Source: a virus
Taxonomy: Duplodnaviria; Caudoviricetes
Strand: one strand, 5' to 3'
Virus record (IMG/VR): IMGVR_UViG_3300030330_005751
Coordinates: 1 to 43,317 of that record
Length of the DNA stretch: 43,317 bases
Below the pieces are notes generated by a model that was not told where the DNA came from, did not search any database, and saw only the letters and a list, made by a program, of their open reading frames with translations. A program made the translations under genes and the position numbers. Every line of letters starts with the position of its first letter. Within the stretch, counting starts at the first letter, position 1. Shown here one piece after another: positions 1 to 6,586 of this stretch.

Positions 1-537
1 TCCGTTGAGATCTACCAAGGCATCGCATGTGCCTGAATGTCCCAGGGGGTGGTGGACGTTGAATTCGATGGCATGAATGGCCGTTACGTTGTCCGCTATG
101 TAGCTGCGGAGGCCTCGTGCATAGCCAGCAGCGCTCCAGGGGACCCTAGGAGCCCCTTGAATGGCTCTTTCGATACCCCAGCGGGTGATAGAGCCAGGGC
201 ATCTCTCTAAGCCGTCTGAGGACGTTTTCCAGCAGTTTCGTTTGTTTGCTGTTTGGCGGGCAAGTTTTACGCCGGTTTTAAGGATGTATTCCGCGTGGTT
301 ATGAGCCAAAGTTCCACGGGTGGCTGCCATGTCACGGTCTTCGCCTGATGAGGGGCGTTGCATCCACCGTTCCAGGGCTTCTTTCTGGTGTGGTGGTGCT
401 GTTTCTTTTAGTACATGTGTGACGCTATGGAAGATGTTTCCTTCGCTGTCTCTGTAGACCCGATGGGGTCCGGAGTTGTCTTGTACCAGGGCCGACCTGC
501 GGAGCTTTGCTAGCCGGGCGTGTACTTCAGAAGCCAT
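1..537 (-). CDS. PD-(D/E)XK-family exonuclease (Cas4/RecB-like), C-terminus truncated by the window start
   Basis: Not in the ORF track. Hand translation from ATG at 537: MASEVHARL...RVYRDSEGNIFHSVTHVL...AATRGTLAHNHAE...AIEFNVHHPLGHSGTCDALVDLNG, running off position 1. The SVT, RGT..H, E and GTCD motifs are typical of these phage exonucleases; the DxK motif would lie beyond the edge. Confidence 0.8.
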   Translation of the reverse strand, partial: MASEVHARLAKLRRSALVQDNSGPHRVYRDSEGNIFHSVTHVLKETAPPHQKEALERWMQRPSSGEDRDMAATRGTLAHNHAEYILKTGVKLARQTANKRNCWKTSSDGLERCPGSITRWGIERAIQGAPRVPWSAAGYARGLRSYIADNVTAIHAIEFNVHHPLGHSGTCDALVDLNG

Positions 538-719
538 TCCATGGTCAGCTGATGCACCGTTGGTTGCACCGGCTGAGTTGTACTAATACAGGCTATCTGG
601 TCTCCTACAGAAACACGTACCAATCCATCGTCGGTCTCTTCGACAACTGGGTCTGGGATATATACGTAGCCCTTAGCGCCAAGTACTTGTTGGGACTTTG
701 ACAGGTTCTCCGAGGCCAT
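510..719 (-). CDS. small hypothetical phage protein (69 aa)
   Basis: C-terminal part of ORF 510..845. The ATG at 719 (MASENLSK...) is preferred because it limits overlap with the upstream gene. Confidence 0.5.
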   Translation of the reverse strand: MASENLSKSQQVLGAKGYVYIPDPVVEETDDGLVRVSVGDQIACISTTQPVQPTVHQLTMEWLLKYTPG

Positions 720-870
720 ATGTTGAATGGTGTCGATACAGGTTGTATAGACCTGTGAACGTGCCATGGAAAGGGTGATCTTTCTTATTTCGCCCGTCTG
801 CGTAGTACCAACGCTCCAGGTTTTGCACCCTGGTTGTGCAGTCAACGATGTTCTCTGCCCCGTAGGTCAT
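673..870 (-). CDS. small hypothetical phage protein with a DGR..DHPFHGTFTGLY motif
   Basis: C-terminal part of ORF 673..969; ATG at 870 lies just downstream of a terminator and a TATATT hexamer. The motif resembles small cyanophage hypotheticals (from recall). Confidence 0.6.
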   Translation of the reverse strand: MTYGAENIVDCTTRVQNLERWYYADGRNKKDHPFHGTFTGLYNLYRHHSTYGLGEPVKVPTSTWR

Positions 871-902
871 GCAATTACTATTTCCCAGTTCAATATATCC
901 AA

Positions 903-933
903 TAAAAAAGCCACCGGCAACGACCAGTGGCTT
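903..933 (-). terminator. intrinsic terminator
   Basis: Minus strand reads AAGCCACTGG-TCGTTG-CCGGTGGCTT followed by a T run. Confidence 0.75.
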
Positions 934-972
934 GAGATGTTTACCCTCAGCGAGTGTACACCCAAGCACAAC

Positions 973-998
973 AAAACCCCTAGCCGAAGCCAGGGGTT
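973..998 (-). terminator. intrinsic terminator with a C(UUCG)G tetraloop
   Basis: Minus strand reads CCCCTGGC-TTCG-GCTAGGGG-TTTT; the stem contains a G-U pair only on the minus strand. Confidence 0.75.
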
Positions 999-999
999 C

Positions 1000-1165
1000 T
1001 GAAGCTCGTCAGGGGTTTAGTCCTAAACAGATGCCACACGTGGTGACCAGCCGGTGATCAAGCGGATGGATGTGTGATCACTGGACCTGCGTCCGTTTAC
1101 AGGTCTAGTGGTAATGGCGTTTCAAGGGCACAAAGTCCGCCGAAACGAAATTACCTGGCAACATT
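1000..1165. ncRNA. candidate multi-stem structured RNA (or ssDNA) element
   Basis: Intergenic with no credible ORF. Several nested inverted repeats are closed by GATGCCA/TGGCAAC; see findings. Confidence 0.5.
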
Positions 1166-1172
1166 ATCACGC

Positions 1173-1760
1173 TTAATCGCGTTTGAACGGGTTTCCACCT
1201 GTCATTAGGCGATTGATGTCGAAGCCGTCGTCGCAGGACTTGGCCCAGGCATCGTCGATCGCCTTTTGAGTTGCTTTTTTGCGAGGAACGATGCGAAGGC
1301 TGTAGACGGTGTTGAGGCCAGTGCCTTCTTTCTCCATCACGAAGTCCCAGGCAAGGATGTCTTCGTAATCTTCCAGTTGGGAAAGCTTGTCCATCTCGCG
1401 GATGAGACCTTTTTGGGTGAGGCTCATCACCTGGACGCTGCCGTTCTCGAAGTTATATACCGGAGCGGCCATCGCAAACTTTGCGGGGTCCACGTCGGTG
1501 CCTTCGCGGTTTAGGCGGCGCTCATAGTTTGGTCCCATCTCTGCCTCAACTTCTGAGGGGCTGGGATCGTCACTGAAGCGGAAGGGTTTTGCTTTGCCTT
1601 CCTGGTCTTCGCCCCAGCACTCGTAGAACTCAAGTGGTTGGTCTGTGAGGAGTGCAAATCGCACAGATGACCCTGATTGGATCTTGCTGGGGTTGAGGTA
1701 GCCTCCACCACCACCACCACCTGAAACTGCGCCTTGATTCTTTTTAGAAAGGAGACCCAT
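1173..1760 (-). CDS. putative single-stranded DNA-binding/annealing protein
   Basis: 195 aa with a Gly-rich N-terminus, a beta-rich core with aromatic residues and a C-terminal NPF. It sits upstream of the exonuclease and divergent from the primase, the usual SSB context. Confidence 0.6.
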   Translation of the reverse strand: MGLLSKKNQGAVSGGGGGGGYLNPSKIQSGSSVRFALLTDQPLEFYECWGEDQEGKAKPFRFSDDPSPSEVEAEMGPNYERRLNREGTDVDPAKFAMAAPVYNFENGSVQVMSLTQKGLIREMDKLSQLEDYEDILAWDFVMEKEGTGLNTVYSLRIVPRKKATQKAIDDAWAKSCDDGFDINRLMTGGNPFKRD

Positions 1761-1932
1761 AAGACTCTGTAGCTGTGGGCTGCTGTGCCCGTTGCCTACT
1801 CAGGCTAGTACAACTTTCGAAGTTGACAATCTCCCTAGAATGAAAAAAGTCCCTAGTGCCGGTCAGGGCTCTAAGGACTTCAGCGCAAGTCTCTGATGAG
1901 ACCTGTGCGGTTCTTCTATAGGAGTTTAACAA

Positions 1933-4416
1933 ATGACAAAGCTGAGCGGCTTTGTGCGCGGATTGCCTGAGTTTTGGGCTACATGCCCCATCTACGCGAA
2001 GGGGGTGGAGCTTCCGCCCGACAAAAACGGAAAAGTTCGCACCTCTGATGGCAAGGTTCCTCATGTGCGGTGGAAGAAGGACCACATCACACCTAGCCAC
2101 GCTGCTCAGATCATTGAATCTGCTCCGGATTCTTTTAAGGCGATTGGTGTTCGTACCGGTCCTGTCAGTCGGGGCCTAGTCATCCTCGACGTCGATAAAC
2201 GTCTGGGTGCCTTGAAGCGTGGATGGACTGACCTCGAAGGTGCTCCATTCGTTGAGTCGGGTCGTCGAAATGCTGGTAAATATCTCTTCTATGTCCCAGA
2301 GAAGATGTGGGATGAGGTTTCAGACCTCAGCCACACCGCTACTGAAAACCTGGGCTACGAGGTGCTGTGGGGGCGTCAGGGCATCATTTTTGGTGCTTAC
2401 GCCCACGGTGGTGATTACAAGTTCCAGGGGGATCTGAACAGTATTCCTGAGGCTCCAGCGTGGTTGCTGGCAGAGATGAAGGAAGGTTTTCGTCGTAAGG
2501 AAGCCTCAAAGAAAACTGCAACCGACCTGCTCGACCGTCGCTCCAGGGAGGAGAAGATCGACTTCGTCAAGGTCTGTCTTTCTGCGATCCCACCGCAAGG
2601 TGGTGAGGACCATTGGGTCAAGATCGGGATGATGATCCACAGCGGTCTTCCTGATGAGACTGGCCTGGATTTGTGGCGTGAGTGGAGCAAGAAAGATACC
2701 GATTACAGCCAGGACTGGGAAAACGGTGACCCTTGCGAGGAGCGTTGGAGTGCTGGTTTCAAGGCTGGTGGTGGCCTGACTTTTGGCACCCTTCTTTACC
2801 TAGCTAAGGAGGAGGATCCACGCGGTAACCGCTTCAAGTCTGAAGAAGGTAAGCGGGTCAAAGAGTGGGTCATGCGGATCCACGGCGAAGCTGACTATGA
2901 GAAAGATCGTTACGTCACTCCTCAGCAGAGTTACGAAACCATTCGTGAGGCAGTTCAAGACATATATGAGATCGACAACCCTGCCGAGCAGATGGTTGAG
3001 ATGCACTTCCTGGCGATTAAGACCGGCTGGAAGGTTGATCGCCTGGAGGAGATGTATGTCGCGGACCAGGAATACCGCGCAGCTGAGCACCAGGGGGAGA
3101 TCACACTCGCTGATTTGATGAAGATGGAGCTGGATCGGAAGTACCTGATTCCCGGTGTCCTTCCCAGCCCCTTCACCGTGTTGATCTACGGCGCTGGTGG
3201 TGACGGCAAGTCATCTGCTGCCTGGACCATCGCTAGGCACGTTGCAACTGGAGATCCATTCAAGGTCAAGGGCCAGTGTGAATCAGTCAACAAAGGCCCT
3301 GTACTGATCCTCAACGGCGATCAGCCGATGATTCAAATGCAGGACCAGTTGGCTGAAATCAATATTCCTGAAGACGCCATGCGGAACGTTGTCATCCGCA
3401 ACGGCTTTGATTTGACCCAGCAGGGGCGCTTCATCGACCTGATGAAGAAGTACAAGCCCTCCCTTGTAATCATCGACTCCCTGGTCGGTTGCTCGGGTGC
3501 CAGGGCAGCGGATGAGAACAAGTCCATATATGCCAGGCCGCTGTACTGGATCACCCGCAACAACGGTGTGACCTACCCAGCCACCACGGTGATGATCATC
3601 CATCACAGCAACAAGCAGGGCGGCTTCAGAGGCACCACAGCTATTCGTGACGCAGTGGATGAGGTATGGGCACTCCGCAAGCTTTCTGACGAGGAGCAGA
3701 AGCTTGAAATCGAAGCTGGTTCTGATGATCCAAGCCGTACCAGGTTGGTGACGGTGGAGAAAAGCCGTCAGGGACGCGAGCAGAACCACCTGTGGCTTCA
3801 TAAGAACCAGGACGAAACCTTCACCCTTGAAGAGCGGGCTAAGCCCCTTGCAAGCGATACAAGGCCTATGTCCAAGAAAGACAGGGCTTTGGAGTTTTTG
3901 CGTAAACAGCGTGGGAAGGGCTTCACGATCCAGGAGATCAACAACGCTGTTCACGGTGGTTTGCTTCGTAAGGAGTTTGAACCAGGGGTGAGAACAGCTA
4001 TTAACCGCCTGATTAAGGAAGGGTTGGTTGAGAAGGCAGGAGTCTCAGGTAAGTCTCATCTGTACAGAGCATTGCTTGCAGAAACAACCTCTCTCCTGCG
4101 GGGGGATCCATTAAATCTTGAAACAGTTGAAGTAGTTCCCTTGCAAGAGAAGGGAAGTGAAGTGTTTCAACCACCTGTTTCACCATGTGTGTCAAACCCT
4201 GATGAAACATTTGCAGAGGTAGGGATTACGTCGTCTCAACCCTCTCAACCCTTGGAACCCCCAACTGTTTCACCCCTTCTTGACACACTTCGTGAAACAG
4301 GTGCTGAAACACTTAAAGACCCCAGTGATACCAATGGATCTGACCCAAGTGTGTCAAAAGTTCCGAGGATCCCCGCGAGAATGCAACGTGGTCCCGGCAT
4401 GTGGAACGCCAGTTGA
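1933..4416 (+). CDS. primase-polymerase (AEP Prim-Pol) + PriCT-2 + RecA-like AAA_25 helicase fusion
   Basis: IGVRTG..SRGLVILDVD (Prim-Pol); WVKIGMMIH...WREWSKK...W (PriCT-2); Walker A GAGGDGKS; Walker B LVIIDS; IIHHSNK..GFRGTTA; C-terminal winged-helix-like segment. AGGAG ribosome-binding site upstream. Confidence 0.9.
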   Translation: MTKLSGFVRGLPEFWATCPIYAKGVELPPDKNGKVRTSDGKVPHVRWKKDHITPSHAAQIIESAPDSFKAIGVRTGPVSRGLVILDVDKRLGALKRGWTDLEGAPFVESGRRNAGKYLFYVPEKMWDEVSDLSHTATENLGYEVLWGRQGIIFGAYAHGGDYKFQGDLNSIPEAPAWLLAEMKEGFRRKEASKKTATDLLDRRSREEKIDFVKVCLSAIPPQGGEDHWVKIGMMIHSGLPDETGLDLWREWSKKDTDYSQDWENGDPCEERWSAGFKAGGGLTFGTLLYLAKEEDPRGNRFKSEEGKRVKEWVMRIHGEADYEKDRYVTPQQSYETIREAVQDIYEIDNPAEQMVEMHFLAIKTGWKVDRLEEMYVADQEYRAAEHQGEITLADLMKMELDRKYLIPGVLPSPFTVLIYGAGGDGKSSAAWTIARHVATGDPFKVKGQCESVNKGPVLILNGDQPMIQMQDQLAEINIPEDAMRNVVIRNGFDLTQQGRFIDLMKKYKPSLVIIDSLVGCSGARAADENKSIYARPLYWITRNNGVTYPATTVMIIHHSNKQGGFRGTTAIRDAVDEVWALRKLSDEEQKLEIEAGSDDPSRTRLVTVEKSRQGREQNHLWLHKNQDETFTLEERAKPLASDTRPMSKKDRALEFLRKQRGKGFTIQEINNAVHGGLLRKEFEPGVRTAINRLIKEGLVEKAGVSGKSHLYRALLAETTSLLRGDPLNLETVEVVPLQEKGSEVFQPPVSPCVSNPDETFAEVGITSSQPSQPLEPPTVSPLLDTLRETGAETLKDPSDTNGSDPSVSKVPRIPARMQRGPGMWNAS
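4119..4356. repeat. ten TGAMACA heptamers in both orientations (iteron-like; candidate replication origin)
   Basis: Copies start at 4119, 4163, 4176, 4188, 4203, 4266, 4281, 4293, 4305 and 4350. Confidence 0.7.
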
Positions 4417-4446
4417 CAGGCCGACCCACGATTTGGTAGCTATGGT

Positions 4447-4472
4447 GCTGAGGTCTTAAAGGCCTCAGCTTT
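4447..4472 (+). terminator. hairpin after the primase gene (terminator or 5' leader stem)
   Basis: GCTGAGGTCT-TAA-AGGCCTCAGC followed by only TTT. Confidence 0.45.
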
Positions 4473-4491
4473 ACTACCTAATTTCATTTCA

Positions 4492-4779
4492 ATGCCGTAC
4501 GACATCAGCATTCCTGAAAGTGCCCTGTCCAGCGCTGACAGGCTCACCCTTAAAGATCTTCTTGATTCACCGTCGTTCCAGTGCTTCGTAGTCAGTGCAC
4601 TTGGAAACGGAATTCAAAATGCTCATAAGTTCAATGAGGTCATGGATGAAAAGGACGAGTTCCTTCAGTTTCGGATGCACCAAATTATGAACGCTATTCC
4701 ATACGAAACTCGCCGCGCCTGTTTTGACGAGGTGGGTCGGATCTTTCGGGAACGCAAAGAGGAGCGTTACGACCGCTGA
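4492..4779 (+). CDS. hypothetical protein
   Basis: 95 aa ORF co-oriented with the replication module; no motif recognised. Confidence 0.65.
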   Translation: MPYDISIPESALSSADRLTLKDLLDSPSFQCFVVSALGNGIQNAHKFNEVMDEKDEFLQFRMHQIMNAIPYETRRACFDEVGRIFRERKEERYDR

Positions 4780-4949
4780 TCAAAGGCGTTGGGTAAAAAC
4801 CCTTCTTTGACCATCTTGTTGACAGTGTCTTGTTGCCGCAGATAAAGCTGCATCAGCTTGATTGACATGTCCTGGAGTTCCTTGACATCAGAGCATCTAC
4901 TGATGTCTTGCCGGAACCGCTGTAGTGCGAACTCACGGTGTGTGTCCAT
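4767..4949 (-). CDS. nblA: NblA-like phycobilisome degradation adaptor
   Basis: 60 aa with two predicted helices. REFALQRF...CSDVKELQDMSIKLMQLYLRQQDTVNKMVK follows the NblA pattern (E/Q-Q-F-x-L-R-x-F...S...L-x-x-L...Q...L/V-K) by eye. Confidence 0.6.
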   Translation of the reverse strand: MDTHREFALQRFRQDISRCSDVKELQDMSIKLMQLYLRQQDTVNKMVKEGFLPNAFDQRS

Positions 4950-5027
4950 GGATCTACGGACTACTACATTTCCATCATGGCTCTGTTAATAAAGGCGGGG
5001 CACATTGAGGGAGCGGTGTCACGTTCC

Positions 5028-5282
5028 ATGGACTTCACAACGATCACCTATTACAGCGTGAGTAAATCCGCAGATACACTCGCGGTTGTTCGCTATACGG
5101 CATATGACGACGTTGGTTCTCCCATAGCAGTTTGCGAAGATCATTATGGAGACACTCCTGAGGAATTTTGCCGCATCGAGAACGACATAGAAACTGCCTT
5201 AGTGGGCGGGATTGACGTCTCAGTCATGAGTCATTATGAATCGGAGATCTTTCCGGTCATTTCTGACTACTTGAATCTCTAA
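5028..5282 (+). CDS. hypothetical acidic protein
   Basis: Part of ORF 4938..5282; ATG at 5028 (MDFTTITYY) avoids overlap with the divergent gene. Confidence 0.6.
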   Translation: MDFTTITYYSVSKSADTLAVVRYTAYDDVGSPIAVCEDHYGDTPEEFCRIENDIETALVGGIDVSVMSHYESEIFPVISDYLNL

Positions 5283-5314
5283 CGTGCTACTTTATCAATG
5301 GTCCCTTTAGACCC

Positions 5315-5578
5315 ATGAGCCACTCTTCCATCATTTCACTTGACTACTACGAACTCTGCCATGAACCAGTCGGACGTGTCGTCTACTTCGAGGCAACCAT
5401 TGAAGACATCGTGCAAGTCTCTTGCGCCACACGCTGGGATCCAGCGGAATTTGCATCGGCTGCGTGCACAAGCGACTTACTACTCGATGAGGACGAAAAA
5501 ACTCCTGAAACGCTTGATGACTTCATGGCCCTCGCGGAACTGGTAGAAACATGGAATCCAGTACTTGACGACTATTGA
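5315..5578 (+). CDS. hypothetical acidic protein
   Basis: 87 aa ORF, with GCTACTTT 21 nt upstream. Confidence 0.65.
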   Translation: MSHSSIISLDYYELCHEPVGRVVYFEATIEDIVQVSCATRWDPAEFASAACTSDLLLDEDEKTPETLDDFMALAELVETWNPVLDDY

Positions 5579-5826
5579 TGCCTATCAACATGGCTGGCTA
5601 CTACCACCGTGCTATTTCACGCTTTGATCAGTTCCCGTTCCAGGTTCAAGCACTTCGCGACAACAAGTGGTGCGTAATTAGTTGCCACTCTTCTGAGAAA
5701 GCGGCAACCCGTGGACTCCACCAAATTCGTAAGTGCCGCCCAGGACGCCCAGACCTCTTTCGAATTGTTCCTCAATCAGATCGGGACCAGTACATCTGGG
5801 CCGACATTAAAAACAAACCTAACTAG
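5575..5826 (+). CDS. hypothetical protein
   Basis: 83 aa ORF overlapping the previous stop codon. Confidence 0.6.
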   Translation: MMPINMAGYYHRAISRFDQFPFQVQALRDNKWCVISCHSSEKAATRGLHQIRKCRPGRPDLFRIVPQSDRDQYIWADIKNKPN

Positions 5827-5830
5827 CACA

Positions 5831-6136
5831 ATGCACGTTTCTACTTACAAAGACGAAGGACCGTACTACGCAGCTTCTCGTGCTGTTATTGGAGTACGGA
5901 ATCTCAACGACCTCATCTTCAATGTTCGCGAGGCTATGGAAGGCAGCGCTGATTACATCGGTGTTTTTGGGGAAGATGGCCAATGCAAAGGCGTTTGGTC
6001 CCGAGAAACTGATGTGGAGTATGGCGAGGGCGAAGACTATGACCAGCTGTACGTTGTAGGTCAGTACTACGATCTGCTACGTGACCCAAGCACCTGGGAC
6101 TTCCGTAATGCCCTCAAATACCTCAAAGTCAGATGA
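5831..6136 (+). CDS. hypothetical protein
   Basis: Part of ORF 5711..6136; ATG at 5831 follows the previous stop by 4 nt. Confidence 0.6.
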   Translation: MHVSTYKDEGPYYAASRAVIGVRNLNDLIFNVREAMEGSADYIGVFGEDGQCKGVWSRETDVEYGEGEDYDQLYVVGQYYDLLRDPSTWDFRNALKYLKVR

Positions 6137-6419
6137 CTTAGTCAACTCACCGGCCCATTACACCCAGGGTCGGTTTGAGGCTATTGATGTAATAGAAGAT
6201 GTCATTCGAGATGCGCCAGATCCCATTACCGGTATGCTACTCGGGAACACTCTAAAGTACTTGCTTAGAGTGTGGCACAAAGATAACCCGATCCAGGATC
6301 TCAAAAAAGCCTGGTGGTATTTATCCCGTTTGATTGATCACCTCGAAGCTAAGGAAGCTCAAAGACTGCACCAGCGCCTTACTGATTGCCCACCTATTTT
6401 TGACGATCCACTCCGATGA
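6108..6419 (+). CDS. DUF3310 / SaV-like protein (family of the T7 gp1.7 nucleotide kinase)
   Basis: VNSPAHYTQGRFEAIDVI...GNTLKYLLRVWHKDNPIQDLKKAWWYL is the family signature. Confidence 0.85.
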   Translation: MPSNTSKSDDLVNSPAHYTQGRFEAIDVIEDVIRDAPDPITGMLLGNTLKYLLRVWHKDNPIQDLKKAWWYLSRLIDHLEAKEAQRLHQRLTDCPPIFDDPLR

Positions 6420-6580
6420 CCATTCCTGTACACGACAGCTCTGCGGAAGACGTAGAAAAGAAGATTTTCTTTGCCCGCACTGCGGCAGGTTGGTATCTTG
6501 ACGATTCTGGTTGGTACTCGCCTGAAGGCGTTCACGAGCAGGATTGGGAGGGTATCTTCCCCGAAGAGCATCTTTTCTAA
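6416..6580 (+). CDS. small hypothetical protein (54 aa)
   Basis: Not in the ORF track: MTIPVHDSSAEDVEKKIFFARTAAGWYLDDSGWYSPEGVHEQDWEGIFPEEHLF. ATGA overlap with DUF3310; it fills the gap to the polymerase. Confidence 0.65.
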   Translation: MTIPVHDSSAEDVEKKIFFARTAAGWYLDDSGWYSPEGVHEQDWEGIFPEEHLF

Positions 6581-6586
6581 GGGGAC

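Noticed and set aside
1644-1653. ACTCCTCACA (10 of 11 nt of the Yfr1 motif) on the minus strand
   Set aside because: It lies inside the SSB coding sequence (ALLT codons) with no presenting structure, and one such match can plausibly arise by chance.
1823-1841. TTGACA...TAGAAT as a canonical sigma-70 promoter
   Set aside because: The spacer is only 7 nt, so only the -10 hexamer is credible.
1840-1912. CTGATGA and GAAA among hairpins in the primase leader, suggesting a hammerhead ribozyme
   Set aside because: Stem II cannot form and the GAAA-to-stem III register is off. Two ordinary leader hairpins explain the sequence better.
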